A DNA stretch of 62,053 bases from an uncultured Bacilli bacterium (GCA_910583685.1 CAJTXY010000004.1:1-62053), one strand, 5' to 3'. Counted from the first letter of the stretch, positions 17,279 through 26,426 are shown. Notes: generated from the sequence alone by a model not told the origin. Translations and numbers: made by a program.

Positions 17279-17641
17279 TTAAAATACTTTAATACTAAAT
17301 GTTACTTGTTTTTTTATGAGTTCAAATTCTGGATCAGATACTGGCTTTTGTGTTTCGAAATATACTACGGCTCTTTGTTTAGAAAATAGCTTACTATCTA
17401 ATAAGTTAATTAGCTTTCTGACTATATCTTCCAAGTCGTCGCCTGTAGTAGGCTCTTTGGACCATATATTTATATCAAAATAAACTAAATTACCATATCT
17501 TAAACTTGTCTCAACAGGATCCGTTATTACACCATAGGGGAAAGTAGCTTTTTTGCTAGCTTCTTCATAATAAAGTTTTATAACATCTTTAGAATTAACG
17601 TATTCTTGAATAGCTATAAAAACCTCTTTTGAATTAGGCAT
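17279..17641 (-). CDS. tail terminator / tail completion protein
   Basis: Position between the gp10-like gene and the major tail gene. Confidence 0.55.
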   Translation of the reverse strand: MPNSKEVFIAIQEYVNSKDVIKLYYEEASKKATFPYGVITDPVETSLRYGNLVYFDINIWSKEPTTGDDLEDIVRKLINLLDSKLFSKQRAVVYFETQKPVSDPEFELIKKQVTFSIKVF

Positions 17642-18158
17642 CTTCTATCTCCTCACTTTCTACGACTTTACCTCCAGCGGCTTCTATCGTTTTATTTAAT
17701 GCTGATAAAAATTCTTTTTGTGCGTCTTTAATCGCGTCTATATTATTGAAAACACTATTTCGTAATATACTTTGACCTCTAAGGCCAGGGTGGCTAACAG
17801 ATTTACCAAAATTGATCTTACCATTACTTAAAGTATTAGCTTTTTTTATGCTTATTATATGGGGGTTAACTCCGAACTCGCTCCACGCTGGATTAGCGTG
17901 AGACGGAGATTTACCTTTTTTCTTAGCTTGTCCTTTAGAGTAATAACCAATCTGTAATTCTGGTTGTCCTGTGTCTCGATTTATTCTCGCCCAATAGCCA
18001 ACTTGTTTAGAAAGCTTACCAGTATATTTTTGTGTATTTTCTCTAATAGCTTTACCAGCTACTTTAGCAGAAGCACGTAGAGCAGACTTTGAAAGTTTTA
18101 CCATAGTGTTTTTAACTTCTTTAGATGTATCTATAAACTTAATATCATTATTACTCAT
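17634..18158 (-). CDS. HK97 gp10-family neck protein
   Basis: Position and size. Overlapping starts and stops with its neighbours. Confidence 0.6.
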   Translation of the reverse strand: MSNNDIKFIDTSKEVKNTMVKLSKSALRASAKVAGKAIRENTQKYTGKLSKQVGYWARINRDTGQPELQIGYYSKGQAKKKGKSPSHANPAWSEFGVNPHIISIKKANTLSNGKINFGKSVSHPGLRGQSILRNSVFNNIDAIKDAQKEFLSALNKTIEAAGGKVVESEEIEDA

Positions 18159-18462
18159 GGGTATTAGAAAGTCCTGTCAACGTAATTTCTGTTGTCTCGC
18201 TATCTACTTCATAAGAGCGTAATATCTTATATATTACGTCGTTGTATTTAGCGTGAGTATATCTATCTTCGTCAAATTCTATAGTCTTTATTTCAAAACA
18301 TTTTTCTGGTTTAAAGCCTGCGGCTTGCGCCTGATAAAATTCAGTTCTTTTTACTGACTTCTTATTAGCATATACTTTATTTTCTTTAAAAGAAGTGTGA
18401 GGTCGATTAAGTTTATCAAAAGTTTCTACTTCTTCTAATAAATATAAAACTTCGCTCCACAT
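18151..18462 (-). CDS. head closure / head-tail adaptor
   Basis: 103 aa, at the canonical position. Confidence 0.6.
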   Translation of the reverse strand: MWSEVLYLLEEVETFDKLNRPHTSFKENKVYANKKSVKRTEFYQAQAAGFKPEKCFEIKTIEFDEDRYTHAKYNDVIYKILRSYEVDSETTEITLTGLSNTHE

Positions 18463-18786
18463 TTACGACACCTTCTTTTCGGTAACGTAATCGTCTGTTA
18501 AAGATAATTCTGTTCTCAATTCTTCATAAGAAGATCTAAACTTGTCATAATTTTTATTATCTAACCCAAACTCAGCCTTAAGATATAAAAGGACAGCCAT
18601 TTCTATTAGACTGTCCTTTAAATCATAAGCTAACTTAGGAGTAATACCGTTTCTTATTAAATCTCTTTGACAAGCTTTAATAAGAGTTGTAATTTCAGTC
18701 TCTATAACTGTATCATTAGTCGTTATACGCAAGAAACCTTTAGCTTTATCTAAAAATTCCTTACTAATTTCTTTTTTGTCGTCCAT
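18463..18786 (-). CDS. gp6-like head-tail connector
   Basis: 107 aa, directly after the capsid gene. Confidence 0.6.
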   Translation of the reverse strand: MDDKKEISKEFLDKAKGFLRITTNDTVIETEITTLIKACQRDLIRNGITPKLAYDLKDSLIEMAVLLYLKAEFGLDNKNYDKFRSSYEELRTELSLTDDYVTEKKVS

Positions 18787-18814
18787 AATATCACTCCTTA
18801 TAATTTAATTTTTC

Positions 18815-19990
18815 TTATTTTGTTGAAGCAGTAGAAGCAGCTGTGATTTCTAACATAGCGAAAGCTTTAGAGTCCATTACATGACCGTCTCCGAAAGCTA
18901 AAGCTCTATGTACGATCATACCGTCGCTAAATCTTTCGTGTTCTGAACTAGCAACTTGTGGAGCTATATTGTAGTTATACCAATATCTCTTACCATAACC
19001 AAATAAGATTTTTCCTTTTGGTGCTTCGTCGGAGATAATAACAGGTTTCTTTAATAGTAATTCTGTATTTTCATTGTAGATAGGGTGTCCGTCTGCTCCT
19101 ACCATACCTTCGATTAACTCGTGGAAAGTTTCAGTATTAACTACATAACTAGCACGTTTACCATAAGCACGACGGATCTTACCTTTTAATGTAGCTAAAG
19201 CAGTATGACCGAAGTTAGCAGCAGTAACACTCATTTTTTGAGCTGTTGGTAATTCAGCGGCGAATAAGCCTTCTGCTTCGTTCTTGCCTGTACCAGTCAT
19301 AACCTCAGCTTCTAATTTAAGAGCTAAAGCAAGAGCTAATTCAGAAACAACGATTTCCTTAAATGCTTCTAAGCTTTCAGCGTCAAGACCAACACCCAAC
19401 TCGATCTTAGCACTTGTTCTGTAAGATCCGAAAGTGATGTCTCCTGTAACACCGCCGTTAGCTTGGATTGTATCTCCGTCAGCGTCTTTGTTAGCTTCAA
19501 TAGCTGATAAGTTACCAACACTTAAATTTCCTCTAACATTTTTTAAGTTAATAAAGTTCATTACGTCTGATACTTCGCGCATTTCTGTAATAATCTCGTT
19601 GTCTAATTCTTCTGGAACAACAGCTTGACCGTTAGCTAAAGTAACGCCTCTTGTTTCTTTACCTCCAGTCATCATGTATCTTAAAAATGATCTGACTTCT
19701 TTTGACATTTTAGAAGTTCTTTTTTCTTCTTTCATATCTTCTTTTCCTCCTTCTTCTTCCTCGTCGTCAGCACCTGGAACAGTCTCTACAGTATCTGGAT
19801 CGACTTCTCCAGTTTCTAAATTTTTAGCCATTTCAGCTCTTTTTTGTAGTTTTTCTTCTTCCGCATTTAATGCGTCTAACTCTTTGTTAGTGGCGTCTAA
19901 GTCAATATCTTTTGTTGTATCTTCCAAATCAGCTTTTATTTCAGCTTTTCTAGTTTTAATTTCATTTAATCTTTTTTCGTTCATTTTCAT
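18815..19990 (-). CDS. major capsid protein, HK97 fold, with an N-terminal coiled-coil delta domain
   Basis: 391 aa, follows the prohead protease. Has an acidic coiled-coil N-terminus. Confidence 0.85.
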   Translation of the reverse strand: MKMNEKRLNEIKTRKAEIKADLEDTTKDIDLDATNKELDALNAEEEKLQKRAEMAKNLETGEVDPDTVETVPGADDEEEEGGKEDMKEEKRTSKMSKEVRSFLRYMMTGGKETRGVTLANGQAVVPEELDNEIITEMREVSDVMNFINLKNVRGNLSVGNLSAIEANKDADGDTIQANGGVTGDITFGSYRTSAKIELGVGLDAESLEAFKEIVVSELALALALKLEAEVMTGTGKNEAEGLFAAELPTAQKMSVTAANFGHTALATLKGKIRRAYGKRASYVVNTETFHELIEGMVGADGHPIYNENTELLLKKPVIISDEAPKGKILFGYGKRYWYNYNIAPQVASSEHERFSDGMIVHRALAFGDGHVMDSKAFAMLEITAASTASTK

Positions 19991-20009
19991 TTCCTCCTAT
20001 TCGAACAAT

Positions 20010-20627
20010 TTAGATTTTACTTTTTGCTATACATATCTCACGTAGTTTAGCTTGCTCCAAAGCTCTTTTTTCTTTCTCGTACTCCTCCGAGAAGAAATCC
20101 CTAGCTGAGATACTTGTTGTATCGTAAGCTGGTATATCAACGGCCGATACGTCGTATAGCTTCTTAATTCGAGTTATTGTTCTTGTATGTGTAGCTTGGT
20201 CGTATTCTTCGCCGTCATCAGCTACTACAAAAGCAAAACTCATTTTATCTATGTAGCCACCTCTTATATCTTCCAAAAGGTCTCTACCAAATTGAGTACC
20301 CCCTAAAAATGCGTCCATTTCCATACCGACGTCATTTATAGCTAGTTTTAGAGTGTTATTTCTAATTCTAGCAGCAACACGTCCGCCGTGGTTGTAATTG
20401 AATATAACATCAGACATATCGCAATTATCGAAAGCGTGTCTATCTATCTGCTCGTAGAACTTAACACCTTCGTACTCAAAAAGACAAGTGGGAGTATTAA
20501 ACACCACAGGTACACCATGGACGTAGTCTTGTCTTTCGCCTTCTTCGCTGCGAAGCTCTTTTAACTCAAAAGAGCAAAACGCTCTAAACTCTCGATCAGT
20601 TTTATTTATTAGGTTGTTTTTTGTCAT
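20010..20627 (-). CDS. prohead (HK97-family) maturation protease
   Basis: 205 aa between portal and capsid. HGVPVVFN...IDKMSFAF is typical. Confidence 0.8.
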   Translation of the reverse strand: MTKNNLINKTDREFRAFCSFELKELRSEEGERQDYVHGVPVVFNTPTCLFEYEGVKFYEQIDRHAFDNCDMSDVIFNYNHGGRVAARIRNNTLKLAINDVGMEMDAFLGGTQFGRDLLEDIRGGYIDKMSFAFVVADDGEEYDQATHTRTITRIKKLYDVSAVDIPAYDTTSISARDFFSEEYEKEKRALEQAKLREICIAKSKI

Positions 20628-20781
20628 TTAAAACAGCCTCCTTTCCATTAGGCAAAATAAACTTAGTATTAGGCTCTTTTTCTTTCATTTTCATTAGAAG
20701 TTCATAACTAATAAAGTTATTAAGTTTTACAACTTTAATATCTTTAGTTTCTTGACTTTGATTATTGCTGTTTGTCGCCAT
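20602..20781 (-). CDS. hypothetical 59-aa protein between portal and protease
   Basis: ORF 20602..20910 trimmed to ATG 20781 (MATNSNN...). The upstream part overlaps the portal gene and is probably not translated. Confidence 0.4.
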   Translation of the reverse strand: MATNSNNQSQETKDIKVVKLNNFISYELLMKMKEKEPNTKFILPNGKEAVLNDKKQPNK

Positions 20782-22075
20782 TATCAACACCTCCTTCGTT
20801 ATCTTGGCTTTCGTCTGTATTTTCTTCTTGTGGATCTTCCTCTGGCGGATCTTTCTCGTCCTCTTTTGATGGAGGAGGAGTGTTTCCATTTGACTGGTAA
20901 GAGTCAGCAATATTAGCGTTGATGTAATTTAATGACTGTAATACCTTTTGACCTTCGCCATTAGGTAGAGGAGCAAGATTAAATATTTCTCTAACATCGT
21001 CTATCATTAGAACAGCAATAGGCGCTAATTCTTTTACAACACTTACTTTTGTAGTATTAGAAGCATATTGTAGTCTGTTAGCTTCAAACATAATCTCATT
21101 ACCATAACTTCGCTCAGTATCAGTAAATAAACAATTAGTAAAGCATTGAGACATTTGTATAGCGATAGGCTCAATAGCACCTTCATAGAAAGCCGTCCAT
21201 TCGTCTTCTTTAAATTTATTTTGTACGATCGCCTCATTAACTCCGAAATAGTCATATATAGCATTTTTTGTATACTCTAATTGGTCCTTAGATAATGGAC
21301 TCGCTTTTTCATTGATAGGCGTATAGTCCATTTTGGTATCTGTAACAATTATTCCGCTACCATTACTAGACATTTGAAAATTGTTTTGTACGAATTTATC
21401 TCTAGCTTTTGTTAAGTCTTCGTCTTTTGACGATACTTTAGTCGATAAGATACCTCTAATACTGTTGATAAGTTTAGCAGCATTAGAAACACCCTGATTT
21501 ATCGTAGACGCCATTTCTAAAGCTGGACGTAAGGCAGTATTTTTACTTCCAAAAATATCATGATCGAAGAAATGACCTCTCATGTGTATAACATCTTCAT
21601 AGGGAACGCATTTAACTTTCCCAGTATTAAATATAAATTTTAAATATAATTGACCCTTTTTTTCTAAAAGATCAATTCTATTAGACATAAGCGGCCAGAC
21701 AGCGACTAATTCGCCGCTCGTAGAATATTCTGGGTAAATAAAAGCATTATTCGTTAATTTTAAATTTGCACATATCTTATAATAAAGACTATAAGCTTCC
21801 ATTTGTGAGTTAGGTTTATAATTAAGTAATCTCTCAATTTTAGAAATACCTGTTTTTCCAGTCCTAACGTGTTTAGCTTTTAACTTAGCGAAATTTCTAC
21901 ATAGAGCGTCTACAGCACTTCTAACCTCATTCATGTCCCACGCGTTACCTGTATTTTGATAGTAGGTTGAGTTAAACGAGTTCAACAAACTATACATATT
22001 AAAGTCGGTAGCGTTATTTTGACTTGGTTTTTCTTTATTACCAAATATCGTATGAAATAAGCCTCTTTGTTTCAT
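20762..22075 (-). CDS. portal protein (HK97 family)
   Basis: 437 aa immediately downstream of TerL, with an acidic Pro-rich C-terminus. Confidence 0.85.
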   Translation of the reverse strand: MKQRGLFHTIFGNKEKPSQNNATDFNMYSLLNSFNSTYYQNTGNAWDMNEVRSAVDALCRNFAKLKAKHVRTGKTGISKIERLLNYKPNSQMEAYSLYYKICANLKLTNNAFIYPEYSTSGELVAVWPLMSNRIDLLEKKGQLYLKFIFNTGKVKCVPYEDVIHMRGHFFDHDIFGSKNTALRPALEMASTINQGVSNAAKLINSIRGILSTKVSSKDEDLTKARDKFVQNNFQMSSNGSGIIVTDTKMDYTPINEKASPLSKDQLEYTKNAIYDYFGVNEAIVQNKFKEDEWTAFYEGAIEPIAIQMSQCFTNCLFTDTERSYGNEIMFEANRLQYASNTTKVSVVKELAPIAVLMIDDVREIFNLAPLPNGEGQKVLQSLNYINANIADSYQSNGNTPPPSKEDEKDPPEEDPQEENTDESQDNEGGVDNGDKQQ

Positions 22076-22079
22076 TTAA

Positions 22080-23726
22080 TCACCCCACATTATACATAAA
22101 GTCTTCATAATACTTAACGTATAAAACCCAAGCATTAAGTAAAGACACGGCTCCGTCAATTCTACGACGTTCATTTATTTTTACTGGTTGAATATTATTT
22201 AAACCAGATTTTTTAACAGCAGTATTAGAAAGACACCATTTTAAGATAGGGTTATTATTATAATTAACTTTCTTATCTGCTAAGGCTGCGCCCATTTCTC
22301 GCATAGGTTGCGACCAAGTAAATGGCCCCTGTGCTACAGCTTCCATTTGAAAGCCGTTTGATTTCATTTCATCCACCCAATAACCAGCAAGCGCACGGTC
22401 ATAACCAACATAGATAGGATCTATCTTATACTCCTCCTGCATTTGAAGAAACCACTCTGTAACTTGTGAATAGTTGACTCGGTTACCTTCGCATACAGTA
22501 AGTAAACCTTTATCTCTCCATATCTTGTATGGCGCTTCTTGCGTGTTCTTCTCGTCTAACTTATCAATTTTAACTTGCGGTAAAAAATAATGTTGTAAAA
22601 CATATACTTTCTCGTCATTAGGTTTTCTAATAAGTAGTGAAGCACACGTCAAATCGGTTGTAGCTGATAAGTCGCAACCACCTATAGCGTAAGTGTTTTC
22701 TAATTCTTCAATAGTAAAGGTTTCAGTATTGTTTATTTCAGTAAAGCTTAACCAAGCATTACTATCATTTTCACGAACATTGAAATCTTTACATAAAACT
22801 CCTGGTAATTCTTTTGGATCATTTTTAGCAGTCTCGACAAAACGAGATAAGGTATTGTAACTTTTTATTGTTCCAAGACCTGGGTTAGCTTTTACCCAAC
22901 ATGACGGATCCGTCCACTCGTTACGACTATCTAATTCATAAAGAACAGGTAAAAAATGATCGTCCGTTACTTCTCCGTCGGCTATTCTACAAGCATAATC
23001 GTATTTATCGTCGAAGATACACTCGCGTACTGTACCAGCCGTAGTAATCATTACAAGTAGTGGTTGACGACGTGCTGACATAGACTGTTTCATAACTTCG
23101 TATAAATTACGATCTTTTATCGCGTGTAGTTCGTCTATGATAACCGCGTGGCTATTAAGACCGTCTAACGTATTGGAGTCAGAGGCTAAAGCTTCGAAAA
23201 TAGAAGAAGTAGCACTAAAGTATAGATCGTTTCTTCGTTTCTTTAAAACAGCTCTTAACTCTGGGCTCTGCTTAACCATGTTTACAGCTTCTGTTAAACA
23301 TTTCTTAGCTTGATCTTTCTTTGTCGCTACTGAGTATATTTCTGCTGCTCCTTCATAGTCAGCAATTAACATATAAAGCGCTATAGAAGATAAAAGTGTA
23401 GTCTTACCATTTTTACGGCCAACTAAAAACATGGTTTCGTTAAATCTACGATACCCTGTATCTTTTTCTAAGAAACCGAATAAAGCTTGTATATAAGCTT
23501 TTTGGAATAGCTCTAATTTTAGATCTGCTCCAAGTTCTCCCTGAGACTGTTTACAAAAAGTCTCAGTAAATTCTATCGGTCTCATAGCAGCCATTTCGTC
23601 AAAATAAAAAGACGATTTTTCGTCGTCCATTTCTTTAACTAATCGAGCATAAACAGCTTTAACTCTGTGACTTGTTTTAATTTCGCCAGACTGTATTTTT
23701 GAACTATACTCTCGAATATAATTCAT
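22080..23726 (-). CDS. terL: terminase large subunit
   Basis: Walker A VGRKNGKTT and Walker B VIIDELH. 548 aa. Confidence 0.9.
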   Translation of the reverse strand: MNYIREYSSKIQSGEIKTSHRVKAVYARLVKEMDDEKSSFYFDEMAAMRPIEFTETFCKQSQGELGADLKLELFQKAYIQALFGFLEKDTGYRRFNETMFLVGRKNGKTTLLSSIALYMLIADYEGAAEIYSVATKKDQAKKCLTEAVNMVKQSPELRAVLKKRRNDLYFSATSSIFEALASDSNTLDGLNSHAVIIDELHAIKDRNLYEVMKQSMSARRQPLLVMITTAGTVRECIFDDKYDYACRIADGEVTDDHFLPVLYELDSRNEWTDPSCWVKANPGLGTIKSYNTLSRFVETAKNDPKELPGVLCKDFNVRENDSNAWLSFTEINNTETFTIEELENTYAIGGCDLSATTDLTCASLLIRKPNDEKVYVLQHYFLPQVKIDKLDEKNTQEAPYKIWRDKGLLTVCEGNRVNYSQVTEWFLQMQEEYKIDPIYVGYDRALAGYWVDEMKSNGFQMEAVAQGPFTWSQPMREMGAALADKKVNYNNNPILKWCLSNTAVKKSGLNNIQPVKINERRRIDGAVSLLNAWVLYVKYYEDFMYNVG

Positions 23727-23729
23727 TAA

Positions 23730-24116
23730 CTATCGCCCTTTAGTTTTTGTAGCAAAGTTCATTAAAGCGTTACCTTCCTTTGTATTTGGTAAACCTTCTG
23801 GCAATAGTTCGCATAACTGCTTTATGATCGACGTATAATTTTTAATCATAGTGTTATAAGCACTGGCTTCTGTAGACATTTTTTTCCCACTTTGATTTTC
23901 TCCGTTTTGGTATGTCTCAGATACTCCATGTATGCTTATATAATTTTCCAGCTTAGTCAATTCTACTGTCATAAAAGCAGCACTTTTTATAAGTTTTTGT
24001 ACCAAATCTTTTTTATCTTTTGAGATATTTTTAAAGATTTTGTTTAGTTTTTTTAACTCTTTGTTATAGTCTGGTACTTCTTTTAATTCTTTAGAATTAA
24101 CGTCTTCATTTTCCAT
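23730..24116 (-). CDS. terS: terminase small subunit (P27 family)
   Basis: 128 aa directly upstream of terL. Resembles the P27 family. Confidence 0.75.
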   Translation of the reverse strand: MENEDVNSKELKEVPDYNKELKKLNKIFKNISKDKKDLVQKLIKSAAFMTVELTKLENYISIHGVSETYQNGENQSGKKMSTEASAYNTMIKNYTSIIKQLCELLPEGLPNTKEGNALMNFATKTKGR

Positions 24117-24124
24117 TTTTCCAC

Positions 24125-24205
24125 CACCTTTGACTACACCCCCCTCACACGACCGAAGCGGTTCGAGAAAGGACTCAAGCGCGGTTCACTGTGAAGCAAA
24201 TATTT
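24125..24205. other. GC-rich non-coding segment, candidate cos site
   Basis: A conspicuous GC-rich island between the HNH module and terS. GAACCGC is repeated twice, 23 nt apart, on the minus strand. Confidence 0.4.
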
Positions 24206-24211
24206 TTTAAG

Positions 24212-24403
24212 CTAGGGGGAGTCTTTTATTTCTATTAAAGCAGCGTTGACAGAATTTATTAACACTTCTCCTCCGCCTTTAATGCTTAGTAGTACAGGTC
24301 CTTCGTCCAGGGCTTTAGCTAGCTCTGTAGTAGTACCATAAAAGACTACATCATAAGACATAATCAAATAGTTAGTATAGACTGTGATAGTCATTGTCAA
24401 CAC
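24212..24403 (-). CDS. hypothetical 63-aa protein
   Basis: ORF with GGAG 9 nt upstream. Overlaps the end of the HNH gene. Confidence 0.45.
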   Translation of the reverse strand: MLTMTITVYTNYLIMSYDVVFYGTTTELAKALDEGPVLLSIKGGGEVLINSVNAALIEIKDSP

Positions 24404-24701
24404 TCCTCTCTACTAGGTTACCTTCCTCGTCGAACATAAGGCTCTTATCTGTTGGCAGTTCTGACTCATGTTCTAAAGCATGGCATACTCTACACAATAG
24501 CTCTAGGTTGTCCTCTCCCAGTGTGATAGCTGGGTTATGAATATTGGAAGGTGTAAGGTATATCTTATGGTGTACTATTTCGCCTGGTCCATTAGCACCA
24601 TGGCAACGCTGACAGATACCATGCTCTTTATTGAAGATATAGGCTCTTGTCTTGCGCCACGCAGTAGAGCAATAGAACTCTTTAGCGAAATCTCTAGCCA
24701 T
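24372..24701 (-). CDS. HNH endonuclease (packaging-associated)
   Basis: CQRCHG...VHHK...CRVCHALEH. Start set at ATG 24701 with GAGGTGG upstream. Adjacent to terS. Confidence 0.85.
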   Translation of the reverse strand: MARDFAKEFYCSTAWRKTRAYIFNKEHGICQRCHGANGPGEIVHHKIYLTPSNIHNPAITLGEDNLELLCRVCHALEHESELPTDKSLMFDEEGNLVERSVDNDYHSLY

Positions 24702-24721
24702 AATACCACCTCGCAACACAC

Positions 24722-24748
24722 AAAAAAACACGCCTGTAAAAAGACGTG
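24722..24748 (-). terminator. candidate intrinsic terminator in the leader of the late operon
   Basis: Minus strand reads CACGTC / 8-nt loop / GGCGTG followed by T7. Lies about 21 nt upstream of the HNH start. Confidence 0.45.
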
Positions 24749-24781
24749 ATTTCTCATTTCCAATTATTTCATATTATACAC

Positions 24782-24810
24782 ATTATAAAGTATAAAAATT
24801 GCTATGTCAA
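24782..24810 (-). promoter_or_regulatory. consensus sigma-A promoter (TTGACA-17-TATAAT) for late genes
   Basis: Perfect -35 at 24805..24810 and -10 at 24782..24787 with a 17-nt spacer. A second TATAAT follows 3 nt downstream (24773..24778). Confidence 0.65.
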
Positions 24811-24843
24811 TGGCGTGAGTATTGCGTGGGTTATTGCATTTTG

Positions 24844-25392
24844 TCAAGAGGTCAATTCTTTCACAACGTCGTTAGGGAATAGATAAACCTTAATTTCGTT
24901 AATAAGTCTCTTGTTATTTCGCCATATTGTAGATGTATCTTTATCAAGTATTTCGGCTATTTCTTGCTGCGTTTTATTTTCGAAATATTTTAGCTTAATA
25001 ATATCTATGTATTTATCAGTCTTAAATTTCTTAATTATTCTGTCTATACGATTTATTACAAGTTGTGTTTTTTTGATGTCTTCAATAAGGCCTTCAATTA
25101 TGCTTTCTTCGATAGTATCATGATTGCTATGACTTCCTTCTGGCATTTTTAAAATACTTTTAGATTTTGCGCGTAGTCCAGAAGTCTTAATTTCTTCGAT
25201 TTCGTCTTCGCGATCCTCTATTGATTTTTTTAAGTCGTTATACTTGTATAAAAGCGACTCTGTATTTTGATATGTCGAAGTTCCTTTACGTAATAAATTT
25301 CGTTTAGATAATTCCTCGAAAATGTAACTTGTGATTTTCTTAAAATCGACTTGTGATTTTTCCATGTTGACTGTTTCTACATTATCAGCCAT
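24844..25392 (-). CDS. ArpU/RinA-like late-gene transcriptional regulator (sigma region-4-like HTH)
   Basis: C-terminal YFENKTQQEIAEILDKDTSTIWRNNKRL HTH. Positioned immediately upstream of the packaging module. Confidence 0.7.
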   Translation of the reverse strand: MADNVETVNMEKSQVDFKKITSYIFEELSKRNLLRKGTSTYQNTESLLYKYNDLKKSIEDREDEIEEIKTSGLRAKSKSILKMPEGSHSNHDTIEESIIEGLIEDIKKTQLVINRIDRIIKKFKTDKYIDIIKLKYFENKTQQEIAEILDKDTSTIWRNNKRLINEIKVYLFPNDVVKELTS

Positions 25393-25409
25393 TTTTAGAT
25401 CCTCCTTTT

Positions 25410-25514
25410 TTACTTTCTATTCTTTTTTTCTTCAAAATATTTTTCTACAGCTAAACACATACTAGCGTCTAGTAATAGAGAAGAAATTATAATACTAATT
25501 CCTAACCATACCAT
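25410..25514 (-). CDS. possible 34-aa membrane peptide
   Basis: GGAGGTG Shine-Dalgarno. MVWLGISIIISSLLL hydrophobic helix. Its stop lies 17 nt before the next ATG. Confidence 0.35.
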   Translation of the reverse strand: MVWLGISIIISSLLLDASMCLAVEKYFEEKKNRK

Positions 25515-25612
25515 TTTTGGCCACCTCCAAATCAAATATACTTAATTGTTTACCTTCAATAGGTAATTCATTTTTTTATACAATTTTCACATAAACATTT
25601 GTTTTTATAACC

Positions 25613-26281
25613 TCATTCATTTCTATCACTCTTTTCTAATAGATAATTTACTGCTTTTTTTATTTTGTCTAAATAATCAATCATTTGAAAATCTAGATTT
25701 GAACAAGTGTATTCAGTAACAAAATCATCTATCTTCTTTGGCTTTTCTTCAGTTTTATCTAAATTTTGTTCTTCATTTTTATCGATTATCTCGTATTCAT
25801 CAATAATTAGACCATTTTTCCAATAAACTTTTGTAACTGGCGATAATATATGTTTATTAATGTAATAATTCTTTATTTTTATATTGCTATTATTTTCTAC
25901 ATTTTCAATTATTTCTTTTATATCGACATTATCATCATCCCACATATATAAGTCAGCACCTCTCAAGTCAGCACTTCTCAAGTCAGCATCTTCCAAGTCA
26001 GCACCTCTCAAGTAAGCACCTCCCAAGTCAGCACCTCTCAAGTCAGCACCTTCCAAGTAAGCACTTCTCAAGTAAGCACCTCTCAAGTCAGCACCTCTCA
26101 AGTAAGTACCTCTCAAGTCAGCACCTCCCAAGTAAGTACCTCTCAAGTCAGCACCTTCCAAGTAAGCATCTTGTTTTATCGCTTCTTCTATAGTATCTTT
26201 TACTGTATTGTTTTCTTTTTCATATTCGAATAATATTTTTCCAGTCAATTTATTTTTAATTTCTATTTTTATTTTACTCAT
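25613..26281 (-). CDS. pentapeptide-repeat protein
   Basis: About 15 consecutive A(D/Y)LxG pentapeptides (ADLRG, AYLEG, TYLGG and so on), flanked by non-repeat N- and C-terminal regions. Confidence 0.9.
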   Translation of the reverse strand: MSKIKIEIKNKLTGKILFEYEKENNTVKDTIEEAIKQDAYLEGADLRGTYLGGADLRGTYLRGADLRGAYLRSAYLEGADLRGADLGGAYLRGADLEDADLRSADLRGADLYMWDDDNVDIKEIIENVENNSNIKIKNYYINKHILSPVTKVYWKNGLIIDEYEIIDKNEEQNLDKTEEKPKKIDDFVTEYTCSNLDFQMIDYLDKIKKAVNYLLEKSDRNE

Positions 26282-26426
26282 TCTTTGCCTCCTGTATTTT
26301 CTTCAATTTTACTTTTGCAACTTCTAGCTCTTCTTGATACATCTCTATTTGTTGTTCTAAAAAGTTTACTAGCCACTCTGCTTTTTCTTCGGCTGTTAAG
26401 GGTCTTATATTGTTATTTTCTTGCAT
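26274..26426 (-). CDS. possible 50-aa coiled-coil protein
   Basis: Fills the gap between the methyltransferase and the pentapeptide gene and overlaps both. Translated by hand as MQENNNIRPLTAEEKAEWL.... Confidence 0.35.
   Translation of the reverse strand: MQENNNIRPLTAEEKAEWLVNFLEQQIEMYQEELEVAKVKLKKIQEAKNE

Noticed and set aside
20782-20910. N-terminal 43 codons of tracked ORF 20602..20910
   Set aside because: They overlap the portal gene in another frame and give a basic low-complexity translation. A shorter start at 20781 is more plausible.
24842-24847. Second TTGACA hexamer overlapping the stop codon of the ArpU-like gene, as an additional promoter
   Set aside because: The best -10 at the correct spacing is CAATAC (3/6). 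The downstream TTGACA-17-TATAAT is far better.
25951-26170. Tandem 15/30-bp DNA periodicity (ctcaagtcagcacc...) that could look like a CRISPR array or VNTR
   Set aside because: It lies entirely within one long ORF and encodes uninterrupted pentapeptide repeats. There are no unique spacers and no cas genes.
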